From Fistulifera solaris (lineage: Eukaryota), in NCBI GenBank assembly GCA_030295235.1, contig AP026128.1, positions 496,001 through 560,000 on the forward strand: a DNA stretch of 64,000 nt, given 5' to 3'. Positions 1-10,676 of the stretch are shown one piece after another. Position 1 is the stretch's first letter; every line of letters starts with the position of its first letter. Made by a program: the position numbers and the translations under genes. Under the pieces are notes generated by a model. That model made no database searches and had not been told where the DNA came from. It worked only from the letters and a program-made list of their open reading frames with translations.

Positions 1-653
1 CCCGTCAAAATAAGCTGATTGTACACAATTTGACCTTCCTTGAAGCAACCCGAAGAAAGAAACACCGACGTTCTTGAAACCGAATACATCGGTGGTAATC
101 TTGTCATAAACAAACGTAATAACCCCTCGTGCGTCCCCGGTCCACTTGCTTTGAGCCGTTATCGCATCCAAACCGAACGTTTTTTCGCTGAAACGAAGTG
201 AATAGTTCATATCGGATTCGTCCACAAAGTGCAAATACACAGTCGCATCGTTCGGAAGAGCCCCCAGCGTGACGGCTTCCGTGCTGAACACGAGTCGCCA
301 CGAAGATCCCGGTAGTTGCGCCGCTACACTCGACAGTGCTATCGGTGAGGGTCGCTTGGCAACAATCTGGCGAGCGTAATTAACAAAGGCGGCTCGGGTG
401 ATAGGATCCAACTCTTTGGAACTAATTCCCTTGGCTTTCATAGCATTCAATTGAGCACGCAATTCTTGCAACTCGAATTCGCAACTATCCTTAGATGACT
501 CTTTTGAGCTGCCAGATTTGTAGGATACGGGGATTGATGAAACCATCTTGTTGAGGATGGCGCCATGGGAAAACCAGAATTAGCGTAAAGGAAGCCCGAG
601 GCCGCCATGTTCATAGAAAAGATCGCAAGGAGTCGGATGAAGCTAGTTCTCAT
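1..653 (-). CDS. Plastid-targeted PAP/fibrillin-like (lipocalin-fold) protein, 3' end outside window; one frameshift near 503
   Basis: ATG 653 gives the signal peptide MRTSFIRLLAIFSMNMAASG-F (ASAFAP-like). After a shift in the A4 run (~502-505) a stop-free frame runs to base 1: KESSKDSCEFELQELRAQL...LPGSSWRLVFSTE...VQSAYFDG. The WRLxFST and AYFD motifs resemble PAP_fibrillin proteins. Confidence 0.6.
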
Positions 654-1338
654 GTTGCTCCGTCAATTCGTAGTAAATGTATGTTTTATGACGCAGGCAG
701 CAGCCGCACTTTGCGATTGGCGTCTCTGAGGTGGGTAATACGGTGGCACAGAAACAGCGTGTGCAACATTTGCTGCTCATGTCGACGCCGTAATTGAATG
801 AAAATGAAACATTTGCGATGAGTGTATCTTGCGTCTTGCGTCGTAAAAACGTGGTCTTATAATCGTGACCTGTTCATGACTAAAATCAGTCAAGCGTCAA
901 AAAAAGTAATCTACATTTTGAGACTATAGTCCACTTCGAACTACACGCTTATGAATACATTTCGACATCGATAATCAAGTTGTGCATTGCAAAATGATGT
1001 AAATCAGAGGTAAATCTTGCAGCCTCCTCGAGAAAACAAGGCGAAATGATTACCATCGTGTACCAGGTATGTGAGAAGAACTTCTCCCTGATGAGGACTC
1101 ATGACTAAGATAGATCCAGTCTTGAAGAAGTGTCTTTTTGAACAAAAAACTAGGAAGGGTCGGAAGGGTACGATTCAGTGCGCCTTTCGACGATAAACAC
1201 CGATTTGTGTTTTGCCAGTTGACCTAGCGGAGTTGACACTCCATCAAGACGAGTATTAGATAATAACTTCCGACCAACATCCCGTATTGTTTATATCTCT
1301 ATTTATATCATGTATGTTTCGTGCGAGTGAGGATTGTT

Positions 1339-2845
1339 TCATTTCATGTGAACCATCATTTCAAAGGGATTGCTGAGTAATTCCTGCACTCGTACGTGAA
1401 ATCGCGCAAGCTGGGCCCCATCCACATATCGGTGATCAGCAGTCCACGTTATCGGTAAGATACTCGATGCAATTACTTCATCGTTCCTTCCGAATCGCGG
1501 GAGCCGTTGCAAGCGTCCTATAGCTCCCATGGCTAGTTGTGGCGGGACCAGTACGGGCTGCAAGGACAGACCGGCTCCTAGGGCACCAATATTTGACAAT
1601 GTAAACGTAGGACGTGTCGAGTCAAGTGCAATCTCATTACGGTTTTCTTTTAGCGAATCCAGTTTTTCTTGAATCTCGGCAATGGACATCGTGGCACAGT
1701 CTCCTAACACGGGAACGACAAGTCCTCTTGCCGTATCCATTGCAACTCCGATTTGATGTTGCGATTGCATGCGAATGGAACTTTCCGTATTCTTAGCAGC
1801 GTTCAAAACCGGAAAGTCCTTCAACGCTATACTGCACGCCTTGACAATAAAGGCCAGCAAACTAAGGTTCTTCGACATTGCTGAGTTAATTTCTTTCCGC
1901 ATCGCTAGCAGCTGTGTAACATCGATTTCGTCTCCCAGGCACATGTGAGGAATTTCCAGTGATTGCGTCATGGCTTTTGCCATTGCCCGTGTATAGCCCC
2001 GTAGTTCCACGATCTCACCAGCCATATTGTGCGACGCAACTTCGTCTCCCAAAGCAAGCTTTTTTCTCGCTCATGAGTGATCGATTGCCGTCGACAAATG
2101 CCAGAACATCCGCTTTCAGCAGTCTTCCTTGCGGTCCTGTCGCCGGAATAACGGATGGATCGATCGCTTTTTCTTTGCAAAGTTTTCGTACAGCGGGGCT
2201 GGTCTGTATCTTGACCGTGGATCCCTGAGTGACGGAATCGTTTGGAGATTCGCTGATTGTCGTTGTTTCTTCGTCAATCATCATCGTAGTATGCGGTGAA
2301 TTTGCACTTGTTTCCAACGTCTCAGCAGCATCAACAAGGCTACCTGTAGAAGTCTCCAGAAAAACAAGAGGCTTCCCTACTTGAATCATATCGCCAACTT
2401 TCCCCGCAAGCTCCAAAATGGTTCCGTCAAAGCGGCTAGTGATGTCCACCGTTGCTTTGTCACTTTGAACCTGACAAATCAAATCAAATTGTTCGACAGT
2501 ATCGCCTGCTTGCACATTCCATTTGATCAGCTCGACTTCGTGAATGCCTTCCCCAATATCGGCGAGGAGAAAGGGAATGACAGCTTTGTCATTTTGAAGA
2601 GCCGGAGCAGTTGAGAAATGACTTTTCGTCCATTGATGGTGATAGATCTGCATTGAAGAGGATCGAAACGATCCCGCAATGCGACAAGTCACTGTCGCGT
2701 ATGACACAGAAGAATAATCTGAAATGACAGAACTGACGTTACACAAAGACGAACGTTGCACGAACACGGAACCTAATTTCTGTCGAGAAAATCTGGCCGC
2801 GAATGACCGTAGCTTCGACGACGCGCTAGTCATTCGTTGCGGCAT
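1339..2845 (-). CDS. DBT: Dihydrolipoamide branched-chain acyltransferase (E2 of BCKDH), mitochondrial; frameshift ~2060
   Basis: Mitochondrial-type N-terminus, lipoyl domain (LADIGEGIHEVELIKW...VQSDKATVDITSRFDG), E3-binding domain (SPAVRKL...TGPQGRLLKADV) and catalytic domain ending WTADHRYVDGAQLARF. Two overlapping ORFs join at a T6 run. Confidence 0.9.
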
Positions 2846-4166
2846 TTTGCTTCCAAGTTAATCAAGCGACACGATCAAAGACTTATTAGCGTTGTTCGCT
2901 AAATGCTCATTGCTGGTTTTACCATCGATCGAATGAAATTCTCTATGGTGAGAACGAACAAGCGCAGAATTCTTTTTGATGTCTTTCTTGTCGATGTCAT
3001 TGTTGCGTGTCACGTCAAACGCATTGATTATTGATTAGCGTTAAAGTTTATTACTTGTGAACTGATGCGATGCGCCACATCATCTCCAAGGCATTCTATT
3101 CTAAAGAAAATGGCAAAAGGAAAAGTGTCAATTTTATTCGATTTTTAATCTTTTAAAACGTATAATTTCCCATACTCTAGCTAGAGTATACATAATTTGA
3201 TTGAATTTCTCGTATAAATCCAAAACAAGTTCAGACGTCCCAACCAATTCGAATATATTAAGCACGGGAAAGGCCCAAGAGTTCAGGCACTAATCGAGCT
3301 ACTTATTGCTTCAATAAGTGACAGATGCACACACACCGAAGGTCTTTTATCTACTCGTGGATCAATTTTCACTTGATCTTTTTGAAAGTATACAAAGCAA
3401 GACCCCAGGGACTCACGCACAGGCCTAGTATAGGATAAAGAGTAGTATTTCGATTATGGTTCACCAATTCAAACCTGGAACCTTAGCTTTGTTGAGAAAC
3501 TTATTATTTGGTAGGATTGTGTTGGGCCTTTGTCCTTTTGTTCCTTGGATGTTCTTCTTCACAAGCTCTAGTAGACAGTAGACAGTAGCTTCCAGCGTCC
3601 AGCGTCCAGCGTCCAACGGTTTAGCGTTCGCTACTGCGCCACAGCTATTTCTGAATTTGAAATTTGAAATAGAATAGGTTAAGGGTTAAGTTAACCGCAC
3701 TAGTTATCACTGATTAGATTTCACATAAATATGATGCGATTTCAAACAAGTACCGCAAGACCAAGGGCTCTTCTCACTTCCGTTGAAGTTGAGATTGTGT
3801 GTGTTTGGAGTTTGGAGTTGCACTTCGCGACATTTCATTTATCGAGTGAAAAGTTGGAACAAGCGACAGAACGACGTCAAGAAGTATAGGGAGTGGGGCT
3901 TAGGTCCTTGGATACAGCTAATCGTAAGCTAAATCGCTTGGGCCTTCTATCTTAGAACTCCCGGGTTCACTTTGGAACGCCTCAAAAACGCACGGAGAAG
4001 GATCAACGCGCCAACCGCCAACAACTACCGCACACAAACTTGAGAATTATCATCACAATTCGCATCGCCGCCTTTGCGAACCAAGATAATCAACAACAAC
4101 AGCAGCGCTTTTCATCAAGTACCATTTAAAACATCGATTCCATTACAATACCCCACAGAAGAAACA

Positions 4167-4580
4167 ATGACTCTCAACAAACCCATCACAAGCAAGATAG
4201 AATCACCCAAGAAAGCTACACCCAGCAGCTATTTCAATCGTCCCAAATGCTATTTTGAAAAAGACCACAAAGAGACGAATTCTGACAAAGAACTGCAGTC
4301 ACTGAAGAGAAGAAGGTACATGCGAAGAGGTTCAAAGACAGCGGAAATGCTCATACAATCCTTGCCGTATATGAATCTGGCGAAACTAGACTCTCCTCGG
4401 AAACGAAGCGTTTCCCCGGTGCAACGGCGACTCTCCATTGTTTCCGCATTGAGACTCAATTTAGAAGCGTCTCATATAAATGACACACAACCTAATACAT
4501 CTTGTTGTGAAAAACTACCTTTACGAACAGACGAAAGGAGGAGTACGACCATTGACATTCTGTCTTGCATCAAACCCTGA
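4167..4580 (+). CDS. Small hypothetical basic/disordered protein with RRRYMRRGSKT motif
   Basis: ORF with ATG in ACA-ATG context after a CA-rich leader; basic RRRYxRRGSK motif of a kind seen in diatom hypothetical proteins; no domain recognised. Confidence 0.5.
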   Translation: MTLNKPITSKIESPKKATPSSYFNRPKCYFEKDHKETNSDKELQSLKRRRYMRRGSKTAEMLIQSLPYMNLAKLDSPRKRSVSPVQRRLSIVSALRLNLEASHINDTQPNTSCCEKLPLRTDERRSTTIDILSCIKP

Positions 4581-5169
4581 ACACGCTATGTCGCTAATGT
4601 GCGCAATAAGCTTTACGACACTGTGGTGACTGTCGATCACCATTTACAAGCCCTAAAAAATTGAAACCCATTTTTGACTGACTTTTATGAACTCCTATTT
4701 TCATAATATAGCAATCGAGGTGCCGGCCGTCGGTTGCTCGTAATCTCATGCCCGTTTACTTCCTTAGCCTTTCGATACCTATCGAGCAGGTCTAAATCCT
4801 TAGACATAAGAAGTAGGTGGAAGTCGCAGCTGCCGTTTGCAGTAACTAGCATCGACTAGATGATGCGAGATGAGCAACTGTATTTCGGGCTAAAAGAACC
4901 TTAAAATTCAAATAGCCACATTCACGCTTCTTTGCAAGTGACGGTTCAATTTTGCAAACGGAATGAAAGGTTACGGCAATAGCACATACCAAACTTCTCT
5001 GAAACGAATACCAGCTATGAATAATCTAGGAATGGTGTATAGAAATCCGCCCGTTCTGGGCAGCTATACAACGATCAACGAAAAGGAAAGAACAGAAACG
5101 CCATAAATCATGCTTTCAAAACACCCTCATTCCTATTGACTCAAAGTTTTGTCTAGTAAGTCATTATAT

Positions 5170-5671
5170 TTAATGAGCCGCCGCACGGGCACGTTGCTGT
5201 GAGTTGACGTTCTTGATATCTTCCCGTTTGGCCAGTGCTCGTTTGTGCGAACCCAATCGACGCTTGGCAAACTTGTAAATTCGCTTATCGGCCGAAGAAC
5301 CGCCCGTCTTGATCATATCCAAAATACGACGTTCATAGGGAGCCAAACCGACGACTTCACGGGCAATTTGACGGCACATGGTGACGCGCTTGCCGGCTTT
5401 CTGCGAAAACGAAAAGAAGGAGTGAGTCGACAGAGACGAAATTGTGGCTTTTTTCGGATACACGAAGATAATTGGTGGGAAGCGGGGTAGAGAGACTCTG
5501 CTGTTTCGATAGCTGACTTTGACTCCGCTCCGTGCACACCAACTCGTTCGGCATTCGACACGATGACAGAAGCAAACTTACACCCTTGGAATGACTGGGC
5601 TTGGCTTTCAGTTCACGTTGTTGCGTGATGTGTCCGGAGTTGGCACCTTTGGCGTAACCGTTTCGTGTCAT
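5170..5671 (-). CDS. RPL36: 60S ribosomal protein L36 (eL36), 2 exons (5671-5582, 5400-5170)
   Basis: MTRNGYAKGANSGHIT...KPSHSKG / KAGKRV...REVVGLAPYERRILDMIK...KFAKRRLGSHKRA; in-frame GTAAGT...CAG intron 5581-5401. Confidence 0.95.
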
Positions 5672-6154
5672 GGTATATTCTATTTCAATAATATTAGAAG
5701 AATAATCAAATAATTGATCCTCAGCGTTGATGTTGTTGTTGCGTGGATGGTGTCGACGAGACGGACGGAAGGAGTTTTTTTCTACGTAGGTGTACGTAGA
5801 AAATGTACTGTGATTACCCTTTACCGCTCTACTACAAAAATTGTGCGCTCGTCCGGCAACAACGAAAAAAGTTTCCTAGAGAGCTATTTTTATCGTCACA
5901 GCTTGGTAAGGTGAGACCATGTGATGTTTCTTTCTTTGATCAATTCAATAAAATGAGTCGTTGATTCAAGTGTGTGTAGAAGAGAGATGGAGTCCTATCC
6001 ACGTCGGAATGATGAAGCCGTTTTCGTTTCGTTCACTTTGAATGATGTTTTCAAAATTGATTCTAGCTCGCTTTTACTCACGTGACCTTGTTTTGATTCC
6101 TCTGTTTTAAAGCTTGACTGTTTTTACTTCATTTATCTATAACACACACACAAC

Positions 6155-6497
6155 ATGCCGGACAATCGCTGGACGCAAAACACACGCCACTCGTACAATA
6201 CGGCTTCCGCCAAACTGCGGGCCATTCGCATGCCCGGTGGTGCCCTCAAAAGTCAACGTGTGACCAAAACCACCAAAGGACCCCGTTGCTCCGATTGCAA
6301 GAAAGTTCTTCCCGGAATCAAGCACATGAAATCGTCCGAATATGCGCGAACCTCCAAACGAGAACGTACCGTCAGTCGTTGTTACGGGGGGATCGACGTG
6401 CCATGCCTGTGTGCGCCAGCGAATTATGCGGGCGTTCTTGTTGGAAGAACAAAAGGCCGTCAAGAAGGTATTGGCGGAACGAGCGGCCAAGAAGTAA
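6155..6497 (+). CDS. RPL34: 60S ribosomal protein L34 (eL34); extra G in G6 run at ~6386-6391
   Basis: RHSYNTAS...RMPGG...KGPRCSDC...LPGI...RTVSRCYGG; removing one G gives [34 protein letters not shown] (TAA 6495-6497). Confidence 0.95.
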
Positions 6498-7460
6498 ATA
6501 ATAGAGAAATCTAATCCATCAAAATGATGTTACGGTTTTTGCTATTGTGTGTTTTTGTTGTCGATTGTATGTAAACGGCAGGGAGGTTGGTAGAAAAAGC
6601 ACATCGTTCCTTACTGGATGCGATCTTCCTGCCTGCTGTTTGGTTATCAAAAGATTAACGAAGTTAGACTCCATTTACGTTCCGCGATCCTGCTTTAGCT
6701 TGAGGGTTAGCAAGGAAATCAACGTCGTCGTAGCCACAACCTGCATCGCTTCTAGGCCACAACGATGTCATTATTGAGTGCACTAAAAGTGTTTTGAGGA
6801 AATAATTACGGAGTATTCTATTGCGGAGTTCTTTCAGTACGAAATACCATCAACATTATTATTTTTAAACGCAATGTATTGTTTCATGGCTCCGAAAATC
6901 GTTCGGATCGGTGACGGGCAATTTTACTATAGTATCAAAGTGTCAGTTTACGCTCTCCAGGAATGAATTTCAGTCACGATGGAACTACGAAAATAATTTT
7001 TTATTAATAAATGAAACGGCAACAATGAAGTCGACAAATGCTAGCACTAAGTGCACGGTCAAGTGATATTGCATTTACATCACGCAGTCTGAAATGACAC
7101 GGCAACAAGAGAAAAGTTTGCTTGTTTATCTTGAAAAGTTATAAATGTGTTGTGCAATACAGTATATCTAATCTCCATTTAAACTTGTTTTAATAAAAAA
7201 GAAGCTCATCGTCGCTTTACATACCCTTTCGATTTTTCACCCCGAAAAGATCCGGCCTTTCTATTATACCAGTATAGACTCAAAGTGTAGTTCAACTTTA
7301 CCAAGACCGGATTATCATCTCGAGTCGCGAGTGTCAGAGTTACGGACGACATCATTCAACTTTCTTCGCACTCTGAGTGCGTGCGATGATCGACATGGCG
7401 ATCCACTTGGAACGAACGCCTTATTGTGTAAATAAGGCAGCCCCGTCAAGTAGGTTCTGA

Positions 7461-10055
7461 ATGATTGACATGATGCTGTTACTAAGTTTGCTTCTTATCG
7501 TGGCGGTTCGAGTGCAATCCTTCCTCTCCGTTGCCACCCAACAACCTCTTTCCTTTCAACTCTACAGCAGCTCTACCGGAATCCTTTCGGAAACCGTCTC
7601 CGTAGAAAGAATAGGAGATTGTTTGGGGTCAGGAAGGTGAGTTGAAAGGAGTAGGCTTCATAGTTCCGTATGTCTCTCTTTCTCATTACTGCTTCAGTTA
7701 CGGCACGGTTCATCTTCTTCAAACAGTACAAGCGGATCGGCGCAAAACATGGTTGGTAGGAAAGCGTGCCTGGACGTTGGAAGAATTAAGCGAACAAGAA
7801 CCACAAAGTAAATTGGAGGAACGAGCTGAACGATGCCGTTATTATTTGGATGTAGAAGCGTATTGTCTTTCCAAATTTCAGAATCAGGAGAATATAGTCC
7901 CCTTTCGGGGTCGCGCCAAAGATGAGCAGGGGCGTGAATGGATGTTAATGGATTTAATGAAAGCCAATAATTTGGAAGACGATGGAATGCCACACGCCAG
8001 CAGTGTTGCCCCTAGTTTGCAGGACATTATCGAACAAGATCGCACGGATCCACACAACGATCATCATTTGTTTTACTTGTCGGCGGCGTTGGGAGTTCAT
8101 GGAGATTTAGCTCAAACATTGGATGTCGTCATCTCCAACCTTTTGCATGCCTTGAAAGCAACACACGAATTGAGCATCGTCCATCGGGATGTCAAACCAG
8201 GCAATCTTCTCGTGGTTCCCTCGGGCCTGCTGGTGTTATTGGATTTCGGGAGTGCCGCGGATTTGTCACCCAAGGGCTGGTTTGCGAAGCGAATGGGATG
8301 GGAACAAGACCGCGTGGCAGTTTCGCCCATTTACGCGGCTCCGGAAGTATTTATCAATCCGGCAAATGTACAAGAGTCACTGACGTTCGATTGTTTCAGT
8401 GCGGGGCTGTTAATATGTCAATTGCTTTTTCAATATCTGGATGAACGAACCGAATCCGGATTTCATCAGCAACTTGACTCGGTAGATTGTGATTTGGACG
8501 AATGGCTCCGCACCGCCTTAGCGTGTAAAGTGAGTCCGGCCGGTATGGACGATGCCATGGAAGTGTTGCAGAAAAGACCCGGACTCTGGCGTTTGCTGAA
8601 AGGCTTGCTGCAAAAGGACCCTAGAAATCGTATCTCTAGTGCCAAGGCTTTGGAGTTGTGGAATTTAATTCTACAAAATGCGTCCACGGAAGTTCAGAAA
8701 CGCGTCTTTGACGCCCGGCTGGATGATGGGGCTTACTTGAAGGATTGCTTGGAGCTTTACAGTTCGTGTCCAGTGACCCCCACGGTATGGCCTCTACACT
8801 TTGTCGCGACATTTGATCGAACAAAGCCGCTCGGTTTATATCTCTCGGAAGTTGAATTGGACGAGGAAACGAAAGCTGAGTTTAGTGCTGAAGATCGCAA
8901 GAAATGGGACGCTGCGACGAGTAACATGCCTCCCGGAGAAGTATTTGTTCAGGGACTTGTTCCTGATAGTCAAGCAGATACCTTGGGTATTTTTCAGGTC
9001 GGAGATCGATTGGAAGGTGTAGGCGAACTACCTGTTTCGGGTGCAGGCTTCGAAAAGGTCTTGGAACTTTTAAAGGATCAACCCAAGCAAAGTAAGTTTG
9101 TTACGCTCCACTTTGCAAGAAAATCAGCGATCCAAATAACAAAAATGAATGAAAGCGGAATCATGGATGGACCTGTAAAGGTCGTGGATCAAGGAGCCTG
9201 GACAACTAAAGGTCGTCGTCCTTCTCAAGAGGATGCGTACATACTTAATGAAGTTCTTGGTTTAAAGGAAAGGTCCTTGTTAGTGGCAGGTGTGGCTGAT
9301 GGCCATTTAGGGAGAGCAGCATCCAGCTTTGTCAAGTCAGAGCTTCCGCTCTCTGTTTCTGAAATACTGTGGAAGCAACCAAAGAGCGATACGAGCTTGG
9401 GGCAAATGCTGTTTGACGCATGGGATCAAGTATGCGAAAATTATCGAAGCGGATGCATATCCGGAGAAGAATGCGCCGCAGATTACAATCCTCGGGAAGG
9501 ATTTCTGATGGCCAACACCGGGTCCGTTGACGCAATTGCAGGAACAACCACGTGTCTCATGGCTGTTGACACACAAACAAGTCAAATGTCCTTCTTAAAT
9601 TGCGGCGATTCCAGGGGCCTTGTTGTGGATAAAGAGGGCGATCTGGTCTATGTCACTAATGATCACACACCCGAATATGATCAGCAAAGGCTTATTGAGG
9701 GTCGTAGTCAAGGAAAAGACTATGAGCCACCAATGTGCCGAGCAGGTCGATGGTCCGTTGCAGTAGGAGACTTTTGCTATGCCTTAGCACGGTCCTTGGA
9801 GGGTCCGTTTGCGACGTCCAAGGGTATCGTTTCGGACCCGGATATTGATCAGTTTCATGCGCCTCCCGGTGCCACCGTGGTGGTAGCCACGGATGGTTTG
9901 TGGGAAGTGATGGACTCGGAACAAGTGGCTCAAATAATAGCAAAATGAGAAAGCACTCGGAAAGTGCTGCCGAGGTTGCGAAAGTGCTGTGCGGACTCGC
10001 TGTTCAAAATGGTTCAAGTGACAACGTGAGCGCGGTTGTTGTGTACATGGAATAG
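7461..10055 (+). CDS. Plastid-targeted STN7/STN8-like Ser/Thr kinase - PDZ - PP2C phosphatase fusion; intron 7637-7697, frameshift ~9943
   Basis: Signal peptide ...LLLIVAVRVQS-F. Splicing creates the GSGSYGTV loop. Kinase motifs HRDVKPGN, DFGSAADL, PIYAAPE. PDZ (KPLGL...VFVQGL...QVGDRL). PP2C motifs GRRPSQED, ADGHLG, NCGDSR, ATDGLWE and, after +1 A, GSSDNVSAVVV*. Confidence 0.85.
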
Positions 10056-10676
10056 CTATTGGTGTTGGCAGCACTACTAGCAATACTGATGGTGACCCGA
10101 GACACAATGTTGCGTATACAGCAGCGATTTATTACACCAGGGTTCACTTTCTGGAGGCTCAACGTGTGGATGCGGGGATGATTGGGAACCTTTTATCATC
10201 GAGACCAGAATGAAAACGTTTTTCATTTGGTAAAGTGTGCGTGCCGACAAAAACCGACCCCACGATAAGCCTCAAGAACATCAGCTACACAACGTCTCTC
10301 ATGTCCCTTTTCACATTTCTTCGGGTAGGGTCTGTTCTACCAAAAAAAACCGTTGTCATGGTAATAGTTGGATGTTTTATTACCTTGTCAAGTGTCAATA
10401 ATTGCATCGCACCAGTTTTGACGGTGACGTAGGGTGTTACTTCGTGTGACTGAATCGAGATCCAGTCCCGGAAATAACACGCACAGCGTTTATTATATTA
10501 TTGACACCACAATTCTTTTCTTCACATTAACATCCTTTATTCCGCTGTATCATGTGTCATTTTTATGCTTATTCGACGTACAAACGAAATTAATTGCGAT
10601 TTCATTTCGCGCGGGCTCGAAAAGTGAATTTTGAAGCCCGTAAGCGCACTCAAACTAGAAGGAGAAAGGCATCATC

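Noticed and set aside
3571..3695. Short repeats (gtagaca, tccagcg) and ggttaagggttaag resembling telomere repeat
   Set aside because: Only 2-4 units; ordinary microsatellite-level noise and not a TTAGGG array.
5995..6090. C/D snoRNA in RPL34 leader (ATGATGA box C)
   Set aside because: No CTGA box D or terminal stem found.
6386..6391. Programmed frameshift or pseudogene in RPL34 and other genes
   Set aside because: Breaks always coincide with homopolymers and lack stimulatory structures or other decay; sequencing error is more parsimonious.
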